This document shows, piece after piece, positions 1 through 6,394 of a stretch of 16,972 bases of DNA. The number at the start of each line of letters is the position of its first letter. Position 1 is the stretch's first letter. Where the stretch lies: positions 1 to 16,972 of the forward strand of contig JBHIEG010000035.1 in NCBI GenBank assembly GCA_046760505.1, in the 5' to 3' direction. Under the pieces are notes generated by a model, which saw nothing but the letters and a program-made list of their open reading frames with translations, was not told where the DNA came from and made no database searches. This DNA comes from Candidatus Hydrothermarchaeota archaeon (GTDB lineage: Archaea > CAYFZR01). Both the position numbers and the translations under genes were made by a program.

Positions 1-1
1 A

Positions 2-226
2 CACTATATAGCCTATATTACTGATAAAATCCTCAAAAAACATCAGGATATGCATAAAGGGCTCTCACGCTTCTTGGATGAAAATGGATTATCAGGGTTA
101 GCAGAATTGTTCAGAGAATTGGACCTTCTTAGACAAGGAAAATGGTATGGAGGCCAAGAAAACGGAGAAACATCTGAGAGAGCCATTCAAATCCTAGAAA
201 AGATTAGAGGGATAGGAGGTATATGA
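2..226 (+). CDS. HEPN-domain protein, 5'-partial (runs off window)
   Basis: Frame 2 is open from base 2 to TGA 224-226: HYIAYITDKILKKHQDMHKGLSRFLDENGLSGLAELFRELDLLRQGKWYGGQENGETSERAIQILEKIRGIGGI. It has the HEPN-type H-x-G segment and R-X4-Y (RQGKWY), resembles 3308..3682, and lies 4 nt upstream of an MNT gene. Not in the ORF track. Confidence 0.8.
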   Translation, partial: HYIAYITDKILKKHQDMHKGLSRFLDENGLSGLAELFRELDLLRQGKWYGGQENGETSERAIQILEKIRGIGGI

Positions 227-230
227 CGCT

Positions 231-845
231 ATGCTAGAGCATTTCTCTGGGGAAGATAGAAGTTTAATTGAAAGTTTCATCAAAGAAGTTAAAAATCTGA
301 TACCTAGTCTTAGCACTATCGTGCTATATGGATCTATGGCAAGAGGAGACTATCACAAGGACTCTGATATCGATGTTTTATTGGTAATAGAAGAGGAAAA
401 GCCAAACAAATACCTCCCTGAAGTCACAAAGATAATTTCAAGCCTTAAACCACATAGGGAGATCAGACCAGTGCTAACGAATTTAAAAGATGTCGAATAC
501 TCCCTTATCAACGAGGTTCTCAGAGATGGAGTTGTTCTCTTTGGAAAAATAGTTGTTAGTCCAGACAATCTTGGGCTTAGACCCTATCAAATAATCTCTT
601 ATGATCTCAGTAATGTAAACGGAACTGTAAGAGCTAGAGTTGCTCGAAGAATATATGGTTACACCTCACGTAAAAAAATAGGAAAAGAAATTAAAGAATA
701 CAAATATGAAGGGCTTGTTAGCAGGAGAGATTGTTTTGTTTTAGGAAAGGGCGTGATTGCCTTACCAAAAGAGGATGCCAATGGATTCAAAACATTTTTA
801 GAAAGGAACAAAGTCACATACAAAACCCTAGATATTTGGGTTTAA
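231..845 (+). CDS. Minimal nucleotidyltransferase (MNT, Pol-beta superfamily) with C-terminal Cas2/PaaX-like ferredoxin-fold extension
   Basis: GS-X10-DxD motif (YGSMARGDYHKDSDID), MNT end motif (RDGVVLF), GGAGGT RBS at 215-220, then an extra domain starting IISYDLS. Confidence 0.85.
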   Translation: MLEHFSGEDRSLIESFIKEVKNLIPSLSTIVLYGSMARGDYHKDSDIDVLLVIEEEKPNKYLPEVTKIISSLKPHREIRPVLTNLKDVEYSLINEVLRDGVVLFGKIVVSPDNLGLRPYQIISYDLSNVNGTVRARVARRIYGYTSRKKIGKEIKEYKYEGLVSRRDCFVLGKGVIALPKEDANGFKTFLERNKVTYKTLDIWV

Positions 846-1044
846 TCCATAAATTCTATAACAACTGTAACCGAAATACTCTCAGTCCTTGTTTTTATAA
901 CTATAGTTAGATTAAGATTAAATGGAGACATATTGCTCTATCCGATATGATGATAATGTATATACGCCTTTTATAGTTTTAATGAAAATCAACTATTCAT
1001 CTCCCTTTTTTCTTCAACGCATCAAAATTCCTCAGATAATTAGG

Positions 1045-1149
1045 GAGAATATGAAGAGAATATCATTTAATGAGAATTATGAATCTTGGGTCATGTAACC
1101 CATTTCCCTTCAGGAGAATACTTAGAATAAAAGGCTTTTAGAATAAAAG
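1045..1149 (+). repeat. Cluster of short AGAATA-core direct repeats upstream of the integrase
   Basis: GAGAATAT at 1045 and 1056, GAGAATAC at 1114, TTAGAATAAAAG at 1122-1133 and 1138-1149. Confidence 0.35.
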
Positions 1150-1227
1150 AAATTATACTACTTGTCAATCTTAATTTTAAGCACGTAACATGCTTATTTT
1201 TAAACCTATACCTCTTTGACCACAAAT

Positions 1228-1876
1228 ATGTCTCAAACATTATTGAAAAGTGTACCCATACTTTTTTTTGAAGCTTTTCTCTCACTCCAATCTTGATTTA
1301 GAAAGCATATTGAAAGATTTTGAAGATTTTCTAAAAGTAAATCATCTCTATACTACCAGAAAATTTCTCCTGCATGTTAAAAAAATGATTCCTTCTTGCG
1401 AAGATGCTCAAAAATATAGAGAATATCTGATCCGCAAATCCTTATCAGAGACTCACATAAACAACAACCTGAAGGCGATAGAGTACTATTTAGATTTTCA
1501 TGGAATTTCTGTAAAATTAAAAAAATTGAACAGAAGAAGAAAGCTTCCAGAAATACTTACAGAAAAAGAGGTTAAGAGAATTCTCTACGCATGCGATAAC
1601 TACAGGGACTATGCAATTATCCAGACACTCATTTCTACTGGCATAAGAGCCTCAGAGCTTTGCAATTTAAACATAGAGAATGTAGACCTTGAAAACAGGG
1701 TGATAAGGATTGTAGACGGTAAAGGAGGCAGAGACGGTATAGCAATAATGTCTGAGAAATGTTCAAAAGCAATTCAGGAATATCTGAAGAGAAGGAATGA
1801 AAGTCTTTCTAATGCTCTCTTCTTAAACATAAATGGTAAGAGGGTAATTTTCCTGATCGAATTTGCAGGTTTTTAA
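1228..1876 (+). pseudogene. Tyrosine recombinase/integrase (XerC/XerD/XerA-like), C-terminally truncated
   Basis: LPEILTEKEV, RDYAII, TGIRASEL (catalytic Arg) and DGKGGRD (catalytic Lys) are present. HxxR, H/W and catalytic Tyr are absent, and similarity ends at about LFLNINGKR (~1843). Likely ATG 1228 (TTTTAAA box ~24 nt upstream) is out of frame by one T in the T8 run 1262-1269. The ORF track uses GTG 1250. Confidence 0.8.
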
Positions 1877-2061
1877 GAGACTAGCGATGTCGTACAGATC
1901 TTTCCACAATTTTGCTCTGGTGAAATCCGTTTCCATTATGACTTTTAAGGCTTCTATCCTTCCTAGTACGGCTCCAATCTTGTATGTAAGTAGGAGTCCA
2001 GGTAAGGGATATAGATGTAAACATCTTCTTTGAGCTTGAATTTCTTTAGCTCTTCCACCAT
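1823..2061 (-). pseudogene. AbiEii/DUF1814-like nucleotidyltransferase remnant (C-terminal part, frameshifted)
   Basis: Minus strand reads MVEELKKFKLKEDVYIYIP / frameshift / PGLLLTYKIGAVLGRIEALKVIMETDFTRAKLWKDLYDIASLLKTCKFDQE. K-x-x-A-x3-R ... KD-x-YD-I (KDLYDI at 1886-1903) is the characteristic C-terminal signature of this family. Confidence 0.55.
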
Positions 2062-2273
2062 GCCGCTATGGGAGGAGTAAACGCAGAGGGAGGGATCCCT
2101 GAAATAGGAATCGTAATACTTCTCACACAATTTAATTCTTCATAGAGACAGTTCCTCATGACTTAAGATGGGATAGGGAAAAGGTTCAACTTACACAAGA
2201 TAAGGTCAAGATCTTTCGGAACAGAAAAAATTCAAAGGTAATCTTATATACAGAGAAATTTACTTTTTAAACC

Positions 2274-2459
2274 ATGGTCACGATAGAAGAAATAAAAAAG
2301 ATGCAAAGATTGGTCGAGATTTTCGGTAAAACCGAAAAACCTGGTGAAAAAAAGAAAACACAGATCTATAAAGATGCAGGGATATTTAAAGATCTATTTC
2401 CGGAGGAAAAAAATTCTGTGGAAATCTTTCATAAACTCAGAGAAGAGCAGCTGGGCTAG
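2274..2459 (+). CDS. Putative VapB-type antitoxin
   Basis: 61 aa, charged, C-terminal NSVEIFHKLREE typical of archaeal antitoxins. Directly upstream of a PIN gene, with CTTATATA box at 2243-2250. Confidence 0.55.
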   Translation: MVTIEEIKKMQRLVEIFGKTEKPGEKKKTQIYKDAGIFKDLFPEEKNSVEIFHKLREEQLG

Positions 2460-2465
2460 ATCTTT

Positions 2466-2679
2466 ATGCAGACATTGTATATCGATGCTAATATCGTTTT
2501 GAATTTGTGGAGGAAGGAGATAGACCCGAAGACTGGTAGAGAATTATGGAAAGGGTCAGGCAGCATCCTTGAGAAAGTCGAAAGAAAAGATTACAGATGC
2601 ATTCATTACAAGGGACAGAAAATTAAAAATGAAAGCAGAGAAAGTAATAACCATAAAAGAGCCAGAAGAACTAAATTAG
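2466..2679 (+). pseudogene. vapC: PIN-domain (VapC) toxin with internal deletion and frameshift
   Basis: N-terminus LYIDANIVLNLW carries the first PIN Asp. From ~2593 another frame gives the PIN C-terminus TDAFITRDRKLKMKAEKVITIKEPEELN* (TAG 2677-2679). The middle helices with the other acidic residues are missing. Confidence 0.75.
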
Positions 2680-2733
2680 ATCCAAATGAAAGCGATCGTA
2701 ATCTCATTGTAAGGATTTTAATTATAGACGGAC

Positions 2734-3315
2734 TCAATAAGTCCAGATGGGAATCTCCTTCCACCTTGCATTGAATCTTTCTAGGGTTTTGGTTATTTCT
2801 GGAGCATTTCGCCTGTCAGTTATCAAAACGCCCTTGCCTATCTTTTCAGCGCGAATCCTATCAGCAATTCCTACATATCGCTTAACTTTTTTCTCGTTTT
2901 CTTTCATGTAGGTTGAGGTTCCTCCATATAATGCTCTGTAGAGTTTGTTTCTTGTATTCTGGTCCAGTTCAGAGGTATCGTAGGCAATTATCATTTTAGG
3001 CTTCAGTTCGATATCTTCTACGGAAACAATTACAGGTTTTCCAAAGAGCAAGATGCCTTCTCCTGACAATGCACCGGAAATAGTCGGTTCATCCTTTAAT
3101 TCTTCAATGCTTAGATGAGTGAGCTGAAATTTCTCAGGAGCCATGGCATTTATTTTTCTTACCACATCATCTTTCTTCTCTGAGTAAATTATGGCAAGAT
3201 CAATATCAGAGTCTCTCGTGGCTTCTCCTCTGGCAATTGAGCCAAAAAGAACTATGGATAAGACTCCTTCAAAATCTTTGATCTTATTAGAGAACTCAAT
3301 GGCTTGTCTAAACAT
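2734..3315 (-). CDS. MNT nucleotidyltransferase with C-terminal Cas2/PaaX-like extension (paralog of 231..845)
   Basis: FGSIARGEATRDSDID (GS-X10-DxD), EGILLFGK, then MIIAYDTS...RNKLYRALYG...IGKGVLI...IPIW, which parallels the first copy. Confidence 0.88.
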   Translation of the reverse strand: MFRQAIEFSNKIKDFEGVLSIVLFGSIARGEATRDSDIDLAIIYSEKKDDVVRKINAMAPEKFQLTHLSIEELKDEPTISGALSGEGILLFGKPVIVSVEDIELKPKMIIAYDTSELDQNTRNKLYRALYGGTSTYMKENEKKVKRYVGIADRIRAEKIGKGVLITDRRNAPEITKTLERFNARWKEIPIWTY

Positions 3316-3682
3316 TCAAAAACCCCTCACAATACTTTTTGATCTTAGAATACAGAGATTTCGCTTTTCTGGCCATGTCTCCATTCTTCCCGAGACCATA
3401 AATTTGGCTAGGTCTCATGCCCTCCAATTCTTTAAACCAGGCCGCTATCTCAGCGCTCTCATCGCCAAAATATTTCTCCCTTTTTAAAGCACCAAAGATT
3501 TTATTATGCCTGATATCTTTATCTGGTCTGAGTCTTCCTGACACATGGAGGGCAGCGTTGATATAATGGGAAGATATAAGCATACAAAGATCTATAATAG
3601 TCTCATGATCCTCTTCATCATCCAGTTTACTAAGTGTGCCCTGAAGCTTCTTTATCTTTTCGGCATGCCCTTCTATTCTCAT
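3308..3682 (-). CDS. HEPN-domain protein
   Basis: 124 aa, predicted helical, with HYINAAL, IRHNK and R-X4-Y (RPSQIY). Overlaps the downstream MNT start by 8 nt. Confidence 0.8.
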   Translation of the reverse strand: MRIEGHAEKIKKLQGTLSKLDDEEDHETIIDLCMLISSHYINAALHVSGRLRPDKDIRHNKIFGALKREKYFGDESAEIAAWFKELEGMRPSQIYGLGKNGDMARKAKSLYSKIKKYCEGFLNV

Positions 3683-3684
3683 GC

Positions 3685-3806
3685 TGTTATTTCAATATAA
3701 CAAAAAAGATATATAAGCTTAACTGTTGTATCAATATAACAGGAAAAAAATTTATATCAGTACAACAGAAACGATTCATCTGGGCATATGTTGTATTAAT
3801 ACAACA
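3685..3806. promoter_or_regulatory. Four 18-bp palindromic operator-like sites flanking the TATA box of the HEPN-MNT operon
   Basis: TGTTATTTCAATATAACA 3685-3702; TGTTGTATCAATATAACA 3724-3741; ATTTATATCAGTACAACA 3750-3767; TGTTGTATTAATACAACA 3789-3806 (perfect palindrome). Minus-strand TTATATA at 3716-3710. Confidence 0.7.
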
Positions 3807-3948
3807 AAAAAAGATACACGCCCTTCATTGTAAGCAAAAGGCTGAGCGCCTTGTTAATAAAAATTTAAATACCATGACATACTACCTTTAATTCAAAAAT
3901 GACATCCGGAGAACAAAGCAGTCCCGAAAAATCACTCTGTAAACACGA

Positions 3949-3988
3949 CTGATAACCAAGAGGTCCGGGTTTCAAATCCCGCGCCCCA
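3949..3988 (+). tRNA. Degenerate 3' half of tRNA-Ile(GAT); probable attR site, not a functional tRNA
   Basis: CTGATAA (anticodon loop) CCAAG AGGTC CGGGT TTCAAAT CCCG CGCCCCA follows the archaeal tRNA-Ile 3' half with small defects. There is no 5' anticodon stem, D-arm or acceptor 5' strand upstream. Confidence 0.75.
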
Positions 3989-4099
3989 TCTAAACCTATA
4001 CACAGCTGTGTTTTTGGATTAAAAGGATAGCAGAGATTATTTCAATTATGGAGAAATACGATAGAAAACATAATGAAATAGAAAGGTACAGGGAGATAA

Positions 4100-4276
4100 A
4101 TGCACTGCGAATTTTTCTGTGTGAAGTGTAAGGGTTGTATCATACTGAATGCGACTCCTCAAATGATAGAAATCGGGGATGATTGCAGTGCCCATGCCCC
4201 CTGCGAATATCAGGGTGAACTTGAAGATCCATTTGGATGTTTAATATTACAAGCAATAGAAGGAATGTACGCTTAA
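4100..4276 (+). CDS. Small Cys-rich protein (58 aa, 7 Cys)
   Basis: ATG 4100 after GGGAG (4091-4095), TAA 4274-4276. MHCEFFCVKCKGCIILNATPQMIEIGDDCSAHAPCEYQGELEDPFGCLILQAIEGMYA. Not in the ORF track. Confidence 0.55.
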   Translation: MHCEFFCVKCKGCIILNATPQMIEIGDDCSAHAPCEYQGELEDPFGCLILQAIEGMYA

Positions 4277-4556
4277 GTTTCATATCCTACTTCTGCATTA
4301 ATGGTATCTAGGAGGGTTACCGTATCCACACTTTTATAAGTTGAGCAACTTTAAGTAATGCTCTTTGCTAAATTTTTTATCTCCGCTAAAAGTCCCTTTC
4401 CCCATTCTTTATCCAGGTCATGGAGCTCATTTCCCAACAGGAGTAGTTTTTCTACTTCTTCACTTAACTGGCTAGATTTATTCTTGCTCCTTCTGGAGAT
4501 GTATCAAGTCTGATAAGCTTATATAATTTTAGAAAAACAGAATTTACTAGGTAAAC

Positions 4557-4840
4557 ATGCCCCTCCAGCATTTAAAACACCAAAAGATCTGATTTTCTGG
4601 CAGTACGCAAAGATTATTTCTGAATCGGCTGGAGTAGGAAAAAAGAAGTACGCTTTCGTGATGATAGATTCAAAAAACCCATTTGAAACTTCTTTTCTCT
4701 CTATATGAAGATATGGGAACATTGGATATAGAAGACATCTCCAAACTTTGTAAAATCTGTGATCTTACCTCGAAATGTCCTGATAAGGAAAAATTGATGT
4801 TTTATGTCTTGAAGGTTTGTCCAGAAAGAGTATAAAATGA
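4557..4840 (+). pseudogene. Multiply frameshifted, internally deleted gene, possibly of an archaeal HNH-endonuclease family
   Basis: Joined frames: M/PPAFKTPKDLIFWQYAKIISESAGVGKKKYAFVM/DRFKK // LKLLFSLYEDMGTLDIEDISKLCKICDLTSKCPDKEKL/VLCLEGLSRKSIK*. The family assignment is from my recall of similar N- and C-termini; no HNH motif remains. Confidence 0.45.
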
Positions 4841-4994
4841 TAGAAATTTTTCATTTTGATTCAGAATCTTCTAACGCATGTTTTATCCCCAAGATATAGG
4901 AAATGGGTTCTTTTGACATTAATTCTTCTAACCAGTTTCTTCTAATTTTTTATGCAGAGGCTGTATACCGCGCGAACAGTTAGTAGACCATCGT

Positions 4995-5309
4995 CTACTC
5001 GATCTTTACCGCTGTACCATATGCAATTATCTCTGCTGCTCTGGTTGTTACCACGGAAGAAGAAAAGCGAACATTTATTATGGCATCAGCACCAAGGCTT
5101 TCAGCCTCTTTTATCATCTTTTGCAATGCCTTTTTCCTAGTTTGGTCCATCATTTCCTCGTATTCTATGAGTTCTCCTCCAACGATATTTCTAAGACCGG
5201 CTAGAATGTCTTTTCCTAAATGAACAGCCCTTATTGAGTTTCCCTGAACTAATCCAATTATTTCCTTAATTTTAAATCCGGGAATGCTCTCTGTATTGGT
5301 CAATATCAT
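4995..5309 (-). CDS. ybjQ: YbjQ (UPF0145) family putative heavy-metal-binding protein
   Basis: MILTNTESIPG...GKDILAGLRNIVGGE...GADAIINVRF...EIIAYGTAV. ATG 5309 follows a GGAGGTG RBS. Confidence 0.92.
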   Translation of the reverse strand: MILTNTESIPGFKIKEIIGLVQGNSIRAVHLGKDILAGLRNIVGGELIEYEEMMDQTRKKALQKMIKEAESLGADAIINVRFSSSVVTTRAAEIIAYGTAVKIE

Positions 5310-5310
5310 T

Positions 5311-6285
5311 TCAAACACCTCCTACCAGAAAGATCAATTTGGTTACAATTTCAGCGACGAAACCACCAAGGATGACGGTTATTATTGCCTCTCCAGTTTC
5401 CAATTCTGATTCCTCTCTTAGTGCATATACGAACAGGATAAACAGCCAAATCATAAACGAGATCAATATAATGCCGAATATGGAAAGTTTTATCGTTTCG
5501 GGCATGATCTCTGCAGTCAGTTGGGTGACCTTTCCGGGATCACTCAAAGAAAAACGGGAGATCTCCATTAGTTTCTCCATTAATTCCGGGTTGATTATGT
5601 GTTTTGTGATTGAATAAGAAGCCAGAATAGCTGAAGGGACGATTACTATCTTTGATATGCCTACAGAAGAGAAAACATCTAAAAACTCGGCTTTTTTCTT
5701 ATAAACAACTCTAGGAACGCCGTAAAAGAAAATACTGAGAGCGAACCAACTAAGCATGAGTTGAAAAAGGACAGAACCCAGAGACGGATTTGGCCAAGAA
5801 TGAATGTCTACTGCTCCATCGTAGACACAACCGAGCCTATATCCAATGAAAGCCAAAAGCAATAACACAACGAAGGAGGGAAGAATATACATGCCACCGT
5901 TTCCCTTAATCTGTCGAAATAGTTTTGTTGGCTGGGTTACAGCATCAATCAAAGATCTAAAGTTCGAAAAACTAAATATTTCGCTGATTTTTTCCTTTCT
6001 CTCTGCTTTCTTCACTCCTATCTCTGTTTCGCCACCAATCATGATATTGTAGGCTCTTCTACCCTTCTCCGAGAGAAAATAATTCTTATTCTCGTCCCGC
6101 TCTAAAAAATCGTCCAATTTCTTTAAATGATGACCAAAAGTTCCGGGCTCGACTTCTAGGTGCTCGAGCATATGTGAAAAACTCAATTTCTCTTCATAAA
6201 GTAGTTTTAACACCTCTCTTCGTAGAGGATGGCTTAATACACTGTATATTTCATTGATCTCATTGTCTTTCAATTCTTTCGTCAT
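5311..6285 (-). CDS. ArsR-like winged-HTH fused to a Yip1-like multi-pass membrane domain
   Basis: N-terminal LSHPLRREVLKLL...LSFSHM...GTFGHHLKKL...YFLSEKG (wHTH). Then VTQPTKLFRQIK followed by about five hydrophobic segments (Yip1-like). AGGTGAG RBS. Confidence 0.75.
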   Translation of the reverse strand: MTKELKDNEINEIYSVLSHPLRREVLKLLYEEKLSFSHMLEHLEVEPGTFGHHLKKLDDFLERDENKNYFLSEKGRRAYNIMIGGETEIGVKKAERKEKISEIFSFSNFRSLIDAVTQPTKLFRQIKGNGGMYILPSFVVLLLLAFIGYRLGCVYDGAVDIHSWPNPSLGSVLFQLMLSWFALSIFFYGVPRVVYKKKAEFLDVFSSVGISKIVIVPSAILASYSITKHIINPELMEKLMEISRFSLSDPGKVTQLTAEIMPETIKLSIFGIILISFMIWLFILFVYALREESELETGEAIITVILGGFVAEIVTKLIFLVGGV

Positions 6286-6325
6286 AATCTCACCTTTTAC
6301 GTATCAACATCCATATACAAGCGTA

Positions 6326-6382
6326 TTATTTAAGTTTTTCTATCGAAAAGGCACGATAAAAGGAGATCGATGCCCATCGATA
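6326..6382 (-). promoter_or_regulatory. BRE/TATA promoter with two upstream ATCG-N8-CGAT inverted repeats
   Basis: Minus strand GAAAAAC-TTAAATAA (6340-6326). ATCG-N8-CGAT at 6342-6357 and 6366-6381 (second: ATCGATG-CC-CATCGAT). Confidence 0.5.
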
Positions 6383-6394
6383 ATCTTTGGGTAA

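Larger units (their letters stand above)
1..3988. mobile_element. Right-hand part of a tRNA-Ile-integrated island (toxin-antitoxin rich, decaying); left end outside window
   Basis: Contains a truncated tyrosine integrase, several TA-type genes and pseudogenes, and ends at a tRNA 3'-half fragment (3949-3988). Confidence 0.6.

Noticed and set aside
2466-2774. 102-aa ORF as an intact VapC
   Set aside because: After ~KDYR it is out-of-frame read-through overlapping the convergent MNT. The real PIN C-terminus is in another frame.
3685-3806. Palindromic repeats as a mini-CRISPR array
   Set aside because: Repeats are 18 bp and degenerate with spacers of 21, 8 and 21 bp, too short and irregular. 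No cas1 is present.
1201-4001. TAAACCTATAC at 1201-1211 and 3991-4001 as a target-site duplication
   Set aside because: An 11-bp match is expected by chance in 17 kb of AT-rich DNA, and no transposase or terminal repeats support it.
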